DNA of 64,000 nucleotides from Cyanobacteria bacterium M_surface_10_m1_298 (GTDB lineage Bacteria; Cyanobacteriota; Cyanobacteriia; PCC-6307; Cyanobiaceae): NCBI GenBank assembly GCA_016882485.1, contig VGPT01000005.1, positions 386 to 64,385 of the forward strand, read 5' to 3'. Shown piece by piece: positions 56,714 to 64,000 of this stretch (position 1 is its first letter; each line of letters starts with the position of its first letter). The notes under the pieces were generated by a model. It saw only the letters and a program-made list of their open reading frames with translations, ran no database searches and was not told where the DNA came from. The position numbers and the translations under genes were made by a program.

Positions 56714-57812
56714 GGGCCAGCTGGTCCAGCACCCTGCCGGGCTCGGCCTGAAGCCGGTGGAGCCGGTAGCGGCTACGGAGGGCCTGGTAGCTGCCAGGGT
56801 CCCTGAGCCAACCGCTGACGTGATCCAGCAACTGACGCGGCCGGCGAATCGACACTTCGAGCCCGAGGGAGGAGAAATAGCGTGGGGCCAGCAACTCCTG
56901 CGGCATCGTGAGGCCGTAGTGGTTGAAGATCAGCGGGCAGCCCATGGCCAGTGCCTCGGTGGCAGTGCGGGCGCCAGGGCGACTCACCAAAGCCCAGGCC
57001 CTGCGATAGAGGCTCGCCATGGCGTGCGGGCCCTGGAAGGGTAGGGGATCCACATCCAACCCTGGATGGTCATGCATCCAGGCGCGAATCGAATGCAGAG
57101 CCTGAGGCCTGCGTCCGCAGAGAGCAATCACCCGAAGTTGGCCCGCCACGGGGAGTAGCTGCTCGAGCAGCCTGAGGTGATTGTTGGCGCCATTGGCCCC
57201 AGTACCCAGCACCAGTAACGGTGGGCCGTCGGGCAAACACTCCGGGGCTGGCTCCCCGTGGAACGGTGGATAAAGGAGGGGGCCCAGGCAACGCGTACGG
57301 TCGCCGGGAAAGCCGCGTCGACGCAACTCAGGAGCCAGGGCCGGCGTGAGTGTCCAATACAAATCGGCCTTAGCACTCACCCAATTGCGGCTGAATCCAA
57401 AGCCTCCAGCCAATTCCGTACAGCATGTGATGCAGCGGAGCTGGGGACCAAGCACACGCTTGGCCAAGTCGAAATGACCCCGATTGGTATGGGGATGGGT
57501 GGAAACAAGCAGATCAGGTCGCTGAGTTCTAAGCAGGCGAACAAGATATCGGTGGCCAAACAAGACTGTGCCAGGCTTGATGAGATCTTCAAGCTCGACA
57601 AATCGCCAGTAAAATTGATGCAGCCAAGGCGCTTTCTTCTGAATCCAATTATAGATTTTAACCCCCAACCGCGTAACCGGACTGGCATTTTCCAGGACGG
57701 CTTCCACATGCACATGGGCGTCTGGCCAACGCAACAGGATCCAGTCCCGCAGTGCATAGGCCGCAGCATCATGGGCCGTACCACCGCTGGACGTGAAGAT
57801 CAGAACCCGCAT
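56706..57812 (-). CDS. GT28 / MGDG-synthase-like glycosyltransferase
   Basis: LIFTSSGGTAH..AA.AL, VSTHP, TGANG, CGRR, VSRPGARTATEA. Confidence 0.82.
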   Translation of the reverse strand: MRVLIFTSSGGTAHDAAAYALRDWILLRWPDAHVHVEAVLENASPVTRLGVKIYNWIQKKAPWLHQFYWRFVELEDLIKPGTVLFGHRYLVRLLRTQRPDLLVSTHPHTNRGHFDLAKRVLGPQLRCITCCTELAGGFGFSRNWVSAKADLYWTLTPALAPELRRRGFPGDRTRCLGPLLYPPFHGEPAPECLPDGPPLLVLGTGANGANNHLRLLEQLLPVAGQLRVIALCGRRPQALHSIRAWMHDHPGLDVDPLPFQGPHAMASLYRRAWALVSRPGARTATEALAMGCPLIFNHYGLTMPQELLAPRYFSSLGLEVSIRRPRQLLDHVSGWLRDPGSYQALRSRYRLHRLQAEPGRVLDQLAHG

Positions 57813-57853
57813 CCAGCCGCAAACACAGCGCCTATGGAGCCCTGAACTCTAAT

Positions 57854-59290
57854 TCAGTCCAAGCCGGTCCTCCGCGGGGACAGCGGCCGCAGCTGCACCT
57901 TGATCCCATTCCGGGACCGCAACGTCAACCGTGCCACCAGCTGTGGCGCGGGAACAGGGGCGGGCAGAAGCTCATACCGACGTACCAGTTCCGCCAGCAC
58001 CAGCAGTGCCTCCTGCAGGGCGAAAGCGGCACCAGGGCACTTGCGCGGCCCGAGTCCAAAGGGCAGCCAGACCTCCTTCGCACGCCATCGGTCCTGATCC
58101 GTACACGCATCAGCCAGGAAGCGCTCCGGGCGAAACGCATGGGGCTCGGGCCACTGTCCCTGCTGGCGGTGAACGACCCAGGGGGAAATGGTGACCAGGG
58201 AGCGCATGGGGCACCGCTGCCCCACCAAGCGGTCCTCCCCGAGCGACTCACGGATGAAAAAACTGACCGGTGGATAGAGGCGCAGTGTTTCGTTGAAGAC
58301 CGCCGCACCGAAGACCATGCGTCGCAGGTGATCCACCCCGAGGGGCTCCGAAGGGTCGGCGCAGACCAGCGTCACCTCCTGCCGAAACCGCTCCTGAACA
58401 TCGGCATCGTGGGCCAGGAGATAGGCGGCCATCCCCAAAGCACTCGCTGAGGTTTCATGGCCGGCCAGAAACAGAAAGCAAACCTGGTCCAACAGTTCTT
58501 CCCGGTCGAAACGGGAACCCGTCTCCGGGTCCTGCGCTTCCACCAGGGCCTGCAGTAGGTCATAGCGATCACCCCTCACAGGGGGGCCCTGGAGACGCTC
58601 TGCAATCGCCTTGTCAATCCACTGTCGGATGATGCGGGCATGGCGACCGAGATAAACCTGCAGCCATCGCTGAGGCAGGCCCAGCAAACGGGCGATCAAC
58701 GCCTGCCCTGCACGGCGCTGGTAGCGGGCAAAAGCTCCAAAAATGTCAGCGGCCTCGGCGGCCCGGAGCGGGCGCGTCAAGATCGTGCGCACAATGACAT
58801 CAGCCGTCACCAGGGTCATCTCCTGGTCGATCTCCACGCAGGCGGGATGGTCATCGGCACCCACCAAGGCGGCATCGAGGCGCTGCAGCATTGAGGTGAC
58901 CGCCCCCTGCATCTGGGGCAACACACGCCGCAACTGCGCCACCTGAAACGCCTGATCCACCAGGCGGCGCTGACGGGCCCATTCAGCACCGTTCACCGAA
59001 AAGATCGCATGCCCGATCAGGGGCTCCAAGATCCATAAGGTGAAAGGATGCTTGGGGAATTGGGCCACATCGTCCACCAACACACGCTTGACGGTGGTCG
59101 GCTCATTCACCAGAAACAGCTGCAATCCCAAACACCGCACGGCGCCCACAGGAATGTGAAAGTCCACATCGCTGAGCAGGTCCAACCAACTGCGTAACCC
59201 CCTGATGAGACGCCACGCAAAGTTGGCGCTGTAGGGGGCGGCTTTGGGGTAGATGGGATCGGGTGTAGGGGTGGGGTGGGCAGATGACAT
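57854..59290 (-). CDS. Cytochrome P450
   Basis: I-helix FLAGHETSA, ETLRLYPP (ExxR), heme motif FGLGPRKCPG. ATG at 59290 overlaps the upstream TGA and is preferred over 59485. Confidence 0.95.
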   Translation of the reverse strand: MSSAHPTPTPDPIYPKAAPYSANFAWRLIRGLRSWLDLLSDVDFHIPVGAVRCLGLQLFLVNEPTTVKRVLVDDVAQFPKHPFTLWILEPLIGHAIFSVNGAEWARQRRLVDQAFQVAQLRRVLPQMQGAVTSMLQRLDAALVGADDHPACVEIDQEMTLVTADVIVRTILTRPLRAAEAADIFGAFARYQRRAGQALIARLLGLPQRWLQVYLGRHARIIRQWIDKAIAERLQGPPVRGDRYDLLQALVEAQDPETGSRFDREELLDQVCFLFLAGHETSASALGMAAYLLAHDADVQERFRQEVTLVCADPSEPLGVDHLRRMVFGAAVFNETLRLYPPVSFFIRESLGEDRLVGQRCPMRSLVTISPWVVHRQQGQWPEPHAFRPERFLADACTDQDRWRAKEVWLPFGLGPRKCPGAAFALQEALLVLAELVRRYELLPAPVPAPQLVARLTLRSRNGIKVQLRPLSPRRTGLD

Positions 59291-60456
59291 CAGGCCGGAT
59301 CCCCCAGCAGGGTTTCCAGATAATCGAAGCCACCCTGCAGGGAAACCGGCGCCGTATGCAGGTACTGAAAATGGAGCGGAAACTGGTGGGTGATCAAGCG
59401 CCACCAGCTGGTCAGCTCCATCCGCTGGGCCAGCCGGATCAGCTCCAACTGGGGGTATGCGGGCGGCTCCACCACCATGCCGCAACTCCGGTAGGGGTCC
59501 ACCCCTGCGAAACAGAGATAGTCATCGTGGGAGGTGATATCGCGCCAGGGCAGCCTCGGTGGTTGAGCCAGGCAGCGCAGGTCCTCATGGAACGCCACCG
59601 CCCGCGGATGGACAGCCAGGTTGGCGAGGTTCTGACCCAAGCTCAACAGGCTCACCCGCTCAAGAAGGGAGGGGGTGAACTGGGGTTGTCGGCGCAGTTC
59701 CGCTGCAAGCATGGCCATCACGAAACTGCCGGAACTGTGCCCAACCAGGCGCACGGAGGGGGCTGGAGCATGGGCTTCCAGCTCCAGGATCCGGTGAGCC
59801 AGCTGGTGCAGCCGCTGCCGCAGGGCAGCATCGCGGGCCTGTCCCAACCGATGGGTGAACAGGATCGAACGCAGCAGCCACACAACCCCCTGCTGCTCCG
59901 CTAAGTGCCAACAGGGCCGCAGCAACAGGAGCACGGCGAGCACGGCGAGTAGCCCGGACCAAACACCCCCCAGCCAAGGGGCAAGCAGGATTTGGATCAG
60001 GCCGGCAACAGCCAGCAGGGCGAAGCCGGTCGCCACTGCAAACAACAGGGGGTACAGACCACACAGGGCCACCGAAGGGCAGAGGCGAAGGATGCGCACC
60101 AATCCGCCCTGCAGCAGGTACCAGCAGGCAAATCGCAGGGTCTGCCAAGCCACAAGCCAGGGGTTTACGGGCCAGTGGTCGCGCACCAAATCATCCCAAT
60201 GGAGGAAACACACCTCCAACACGGGCGCGCCAGCCTCGAAGACAGACCAGCTGCTCAGCAGCGGATCGGTCTGGCCTCGCCTGCGGCCCACCGCTAGAGA
60301 TCGACCCGTGCGCTCACCGTAGGCTTTGAGCTGTTCCACGAACAGGCGGTAGTACAGCGAGGATCCGCGGGGATCAAATCCACTGAGGAAATACACCCGC
60401 CGCGGCACCGCAGAAGTCGTCACCACCACCGATGGATCCGCCGATTGATCCAGCAT
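59290..60456 (-). CDS. Membrane-associated alpha/beta-hydrolase-fold protein (DUF829-like)
   Basis: VYFLSGFDPRG, central hydrophobic hairpin, GHSSG (G-x-S-x-G), C-terminal HFQYL. Confidence 0.7.
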   Translation of the reverse strand: MLDQSADPSVVVTTSAVPRRVYFLSGFDPRGSSLYYRLFVEQLKAYGERTGRSLAVGRRRGQTDPLLSSWSVFEAGAPVLEVCFLHWDDLVRDHWPVNPWLVAWQTLRFACWYLLQGGLVRILRLCPSVALCGLYPLLFAVATGFALLAVAGLIQILLAPWLGGVWSGLLAVLAVLLLLRPCWHLAEQQGVVWLLRSILFTHRLGQARDAALRQRLHQLAHRILELEAHAPAPSVRLVGHSSGSFVMAMLAAELRRQPQFTPSLLERVSLLSLGQNLANLAVHPRAVAFHEDLRCLAQPPRLPWRDITSHDDYLCFAGVDPYRSCGMVVEPPAYPQLELIRLAQRMELTSWWRLITHQFPLHFQYLHTAPVSLQGGFDYLETLLGDPA

Positions 60457-60494
60457 TGGAGCTGCCTTCCCATCCTCAACTGCTTGAAGGCCGT

Positions 60495-61145
60495 ATGCCC
60501 AAAAAGGGCACCGCTGAACGAACCGTGCTGCACCTGATCAGACCCGGGGGAACCCTGACCGCCCTTGTGGCGACCCTAGCCTGGAGCGGCTTGTTCAGCT
60601 TCCACCCCGCCCTGGCGGAATCCATGGTCCTGGTGGGCCGCACGTTCCCCACATCACAACGGAGCCAACAGGCTGGCTCCCAGGCCGGACCCAACCTGAG
60701 GGGCAGCTCGGGTCACTATCGGCTCAGCATTGCGGTGAACAGCACCCCCAGCCGGGCTTGGGCCGTGCTCACCAATTACGAGGCCATGGCGGGGCTGATG
60801 CCGGATATCCACAGCGCCAAGGTGTTGCAACGCTCCGGCACTGCGGTGGAGCTCCAACAGGTCTATCTGGCGCCTTACACGTTCGGGCGCCGCATCCGGG
60901 CAACCCTGAAGCTGCAGGAAACACCACCCCATCGGCTTAGCTATCGGCTGATCCAGGGGGATGCGCTGAGGCAACTCAGTGGCAGTTGGACGATCACACC
61001 CACCGGCAGCGGCATCCTGCTCAGCCACCATGTCATGGTCGATCCAGAGGTGCCCGGCTTCATCAGACCCCTCTATGACGAGCTCAGCGAAGCCAATCTG
61101 CGGCAATCCATGCGGGTGCTGAAGCGGTTGATGGAGACTCCCTAA
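60495..61145 (+). CDS. START/SRPBCC (polyketide cyclase/dehydrase-like) lipid-binding protein with possible signal peptide
   Basis: AWAVLTNYE...MP.I.S.KVL...LSGSWTI. N-terminal hydrophobic stretch ending PALA-ES. Start uncertain (60432 or 60495). Confidence 0.8.
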   Translation: MPKKGTAERTVLHLIRPGGTLTALVATLAWSGLFSFHPALAESMVLVGRTFPTSQRSQQAGSQAGPNLRGSSGHYRLSIAVNSTPSRAWAVLTNYEAMAGLMPDIHSAKVLQRSGTAVELQQVYLAPYTFGRRIRATLKLQETPPHRLSYRLIQGDALRQLSGSWTITPTGSGILLSHHVMVDPEVPGFIRPLYDELSEANLRQSMRVLKRLMETP

Positions 61146-62382
61146 GAAACCGTTGCCACTGGCTGCAGCAACCCAGGAACAGCAACCAGCCCATGGCTCC
61201 CAAGGCCACGGCCAGGGGCCGACCAGGCCCCTGGCCCAAGGCGGTGATCAGCCATCTGGGCCAATGGGGCCAGGCCAGGGCCGATCGCAACACCACATCC
61301 ACCAGCATGGCGACACCGGCGAAAGCGAGCAAACGGGAAGCCCATTCGATCCGATACCGCTGGGCAAGCACCTGGGGCAGGAGGGCGGCAGCTGCGAGCT
61401 GCTGCCAGCGGGTCTGCAAAGCAGACAGGGCCAGGGGAAGCGCCAGGCTGAACACCATCAACCCGCCATACCAGAACGCCAATCTGTTCTGGAAACCCAC
61501 CAATCCGGCTCCCATCAGGATCAGACTTTGCACCACAAGGCTGGAAACCAAGGCCAGGGAAGGGCGGCGCCAGGCCCAGCGTTGCCACAGCTGCTGGCCC
61601 AAAAGGAAGCCGGACACGCCGGCAAGCAAAGCCCAACCAAGCCGATCCCTGCCGGGGCCAGCGATCACCCAGGCAGGGAAGATCACTTCGGTGGCGGCAT
61701 ACACAAAGGCCATGACCGCCGTGATCACCAGCAGGGGACGTACAGAAGGGTGACCCCAGAGCTGGTGGAAGCGAAGCCTGCTGGGCTGTGCAGCGCGCCA
61801 CGGCAGACGCGCATCCAATTGAGGCGTCCAGGCTGTCCACACGCACAACAACGCGATCAGAAAACTGGCGCCATCGACCACCAAAACCCCCGCCAACCCG
61901 GCCGCCGCCACCAAAGCACTACCGGCAAACGGGGCGGCACTCATCACCAGACCGTCCGCGGTCACAAACAGACCGTTGGCTCCGGCACGCCGCTGTGGGT
62001 CGGACACCAACACCGGAATCAAGGAACCGAAACTGAGCACCAGGGCAGCCTCCGCCATGGCCGCCAGGGCGAGGAAGGGGAGCAGGGCCACCAACTGAAC
62101 CTGCTGCCACCACAACAACTGCAGGGCGAGGGCAACGGTGCAGGCGGCCCCCACACCATTGGCGAACAGCATTACAGTCCGCTGCGGACAGCGAAGCAGC
62201 ACACGACCCAGCAGCGGTAGCACCACCACCTTGGAGAGCTGCACCACGAAAGCCACGGCGGCGAAGTCCACGACTTGCCCCTGCCGGGCGAACGACCACA
62301 AGCCGATGCCATAAAGGCTGCACTGGGTGCCCAGGTTGGAGAGAACCTGGCCCAACCAGAGCCACCGGAAAGCACGCTCCAA
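61084..62382 (-). CDS. MFS transporter (efflux type)
   Basis: FRWLWLGQVLSNLG, ~12 hydrophobic segments, RRAGANGL. Start uncertain (TTG 62382 or 62430). Confidence 0.85.
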   Translation of the reverse strand: MERAFRWLWLGQVLSNLGTQCSLYGIGLWSFARQGQVVDFAAVAFVVQLSKVVVLPLLGRVLLRCPQRTVMLFANGVGAACTVALALQLLWWQQVQLVALLPFLALAAMAEAALVLSFGSLIPVLVSDPQRRAGANGLFVTADGLVMSAAPFAGSALVAAAGLAGVLVVDGASFLIALLCVWTAWTPQLDARLPWRAAQPSRLRFHQLWGHPSVRPLLVITAVMAFVYAATEVIFPAWVIAGPGRDRLGWALLAGVSGFLLGQQLWQRWAWRRPSLALVSSLVVQSLILMGAGLVGFQNRLAFWYGGLMVFSLALPLALSALQTRWQQLAAAALLPQVLAQRYRIEWASRLLAFAGVAMLVDVVLRSALAWPHWPRWLITALGQGPGRPLAVALGAMGWLLFLGCCSQWQRFLRESPSTASAPAWIAADWLR

Positions 62383-62395
62383 GACCGCCAGCCGC

Positions 62396-63442
62396 CTAGG
62401 GGGCGAGCACGAGATCAGAATGACGCTCAACCCAGGCCGCAAATTGGGCCAGACCCTCTTGCAGGGGAGTATTCGGCCGAAAACCCACCCAAGCCTCGAG
62501 GGCCGTTGTGTCGGCGGCGGTGGCCCGCACATCCCCGGGTTGCATGGGCTGTAAATCCTTCACCGTGGAGCGGCCCAGGGCCTGCTCTAACAACTCGATG
62601 AACCGCAGCAGCGGCGTGGGCTGGGCGTTACCGATGTTGAACAGCCGGTGGGGTACAGCGGCTGTAGCAGGGTTCGGTTTGCAGGGATCAAACAGCGGAT
62701 CAGCCGTTGCCGGACGATCGAGACAGCGCAGCACGCCTTCAACAATGTCAGCCACGTAGGTGAAATCCCGGGACATCTGACCGTGGTTGAACACCTGGAT
62801 GGGTTCCCCACGCAGGATGGCTCGCGCAAACAGCATTGGGGCCATGTCGGGCCGCCCCCAGGGGCCGTACACGGTGAAAAAGCGCAGTCCCGTGGCAGGC
62901 AGACCATAAAGATGGCTGTAGGTGTGCGCCATCAGCTCATTGGCCTTTTTGGTGGCGGCATACAGACTCACAGGATGATTCACTGGCTGCTGCTCCTCAA
63001 AAGGCATCTGCCGGTTTCCGCCATACACAGAGCTGCTGGATGCATACACGAGATGCCCCACGCCATGGTGACGACAGCCCTCGAGAATATGGCCGAACCC
63101 CACAACGTTGCTCTGGATATAAGCACCAGGGTTCTCGAGCGAGTAACGCACCCCAGCCTGAGCAGCCAGGTGAATGACGGCAGCAGGGCGGTGCTGGGTG
63201 AACACATCCTTGAGGGTGGGCCCATCCTCAACAGACGCCTCGACCACATGCAGCAACTCAGAGGCTCCAGGCAGTTCCCACAACCGCGCCATGCGGGCCC
63301 GCTTGAGAGCGGGGTTGTAATAGGTGTTGAAGTTGTCGACCCCCACAACAGTGTCGCCGCGGTTCAGCAGACGTTCTGCCACCGCCGCTCCGATGAAACC
63401 TGCAACACCGGTGATCAGAATGGGTTTACGCAAGCGCGTCAC
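62396..63442 (-). CDS. NAD-dependent epimerase, UDP-glucuronate 4-epimerase-like
   Basis: TGVAGFIG, HLAAQAGVRYS, YASSSSVYG, YAATK, RFFTVYGPWGRPDMA. GTG at 63442 overlaps the ugd stop (GTGA). Confidence 0.92.
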   Translation of the reverse strand: MTRLRKPILITGVAGFIGAAVAERLLNRGDTVVGVDNFNTYYNPALKRARMARLWELPGASELLHVVEASVEDGPTLKDVFTQHRPAAVIHLAAQAGVRYSLENPGAYIQSNVVGFGHILEGCRHHGVGHLVYASSSSVYGGNRQMPFEEQQPVNHPVSLYAATKKANELMAHTYSHLYGLPATGLRFFTVYGPWGRPDMAPMLFARAILRGEPIQVFNHGQMSRDFTYVADIVEGVLRCLDRPATADPLFDPCKPNPATAAVPHRLFNIGNAQPTPLLRFIELLEQALGRSTVKDLQPMQPGDVRATAADTTALEAWVGFRPNTPLQEGLAQFAAWVERHSDLVLAP

Positions 63443-64000
63443 CCCATCCCCACGCGCCAAACCTGAAGGCCTGCGGCTCGGGCAGCCGCCAGGTCAGCCA
63501 CCGAGCGTGTATCAAACAACCAGGCGGGGTGGCGCATCTGGGGGACCAGCATTGACCAGTCAAGGGAGGCGAAACTAGCCCACTCGGTGAGAATCACCAC
63601 CGCATCGGCTTGTCGCACCGCTTCTTCGGGGGTCTCGGCCGCTCTCCAGACACCCTCGCCCTGAGCCTGGGGAGGCTGCCCCAGATCATCCGTCATCTGC
63701 GCGGAGGACACCTTGGGGTCATAGATCGCCAACTGGGCACCCTCCTCCAACAGGTCCTGACAGATGCGAATGGCCGGAGCCTCACGGGTGTCATTGGTGT
63801 CCGCCTTGAAGGCAAAACCAAACACGGCAATACGCTTGCCAGTCACGGTGCCAAATAAGCGTTGCACCACCAACCGTGCCAGTCGGTGCTGTTGCCAGCC
63901 GTTGAGTTCGACGACGGCCTGCCAATAGGCGGCGACCTCTTGGAGACCGTAGTGGCCACAGAGGTAGACAAGGTTGAGAATGTCTTTCTGGAAACAACTG
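63439..64000 (-). CDS. ugd: UDP-glucose 6-dehydrogenase, C-terminal part (runs off the right edge)
   Basis: FQKDILNLVYLC..YGL.EVA.YW and GFAFKADTNDTREAPAI...IYDPKV. Confidence 0.93.
   Translation of the reverse strand, partial: SCFQKDILNLVYLCGHYGLQEVAAYWQAVVELNGWQQHRLARLVVQRLFGTVTGKRIAVFGFAFKADTNDTREAPAIRICQDLLEEGAQLAIYDPKVSSAQMTDDLGQPPQAQGEGVWRAAETPEEAVRQADAVVILTEWASFASLDWSMLVPQMRHPAWLFDTRSVADLAAARAAGLQVWRVGMG

Noticed and set aside
44586-63466. Many plus-strand ORFs opposite the PKS cluster (e.g. 46808..48220, 49514..50422, 53345..54367, 55205..56344, 62648..63466)
   Set aside because: Antisense shadows of well-supported minus-strand genes.
1-64000. Mobile-element boundaries (integrase, IS, tRNA attachment site)
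   Set aside because: None recognised. Island character is inferred only from gene content and compositional patchiness.

Overview
High-GC cyanobacterial DNA, most consistent with a picocyanobacterium of the Cyanobium/Synechococcus type (inferred from the gene families present). The window is a cell-surface island. No rRNA, tRNA, CRISPR array, integrase or transposase was recognised. Left and middle part (1-43.3 kb): a partial RTX/SwmA-like surface protein that is missing from the ORF track, several glycosyltransferases and sulfotransferase-like genes, one type I secretion system (HlyB-like ABC, HlyD-like MFP, parvulin), RTX-tailed cargo (FKBP PPIase, sulfatase, two serralysin-like proteases, one small RTX protein) and a Wza/Wzc-like export cassette. 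The most striking feature is a family of SIX paralogous proteins. Each ends in the same ordered cassette of exactly five SwmB-type (~110 aa) domains, and each carries a different N-terminal head: a Gly/Tyr/Ser repeat, none, a vWA domain inserted in an SdrD-B-like fold, Ig-like stalks of 2 or 7 repeats, or a lectin-like plus Calx-beta head. Right part (44.4-64 kb): a tightly coupled minus-strand cluster of two type I PKSs (KS-AT-DH-ER-KR-ACP, and KS-[AT remnant]-KR-ACP-reductase), a Rieske oxygenase, a GT28 glycosyltransferase, a P450, a membrane alpha/beta-hydrolase, a START protein, an MFS transporter, a UDP-glucuronate epimerase and ugd. Its domain logic predicts a glycosylated long-chain 1,3-diol lipid. 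All family assignments come from motif recognition; no database searches were run.
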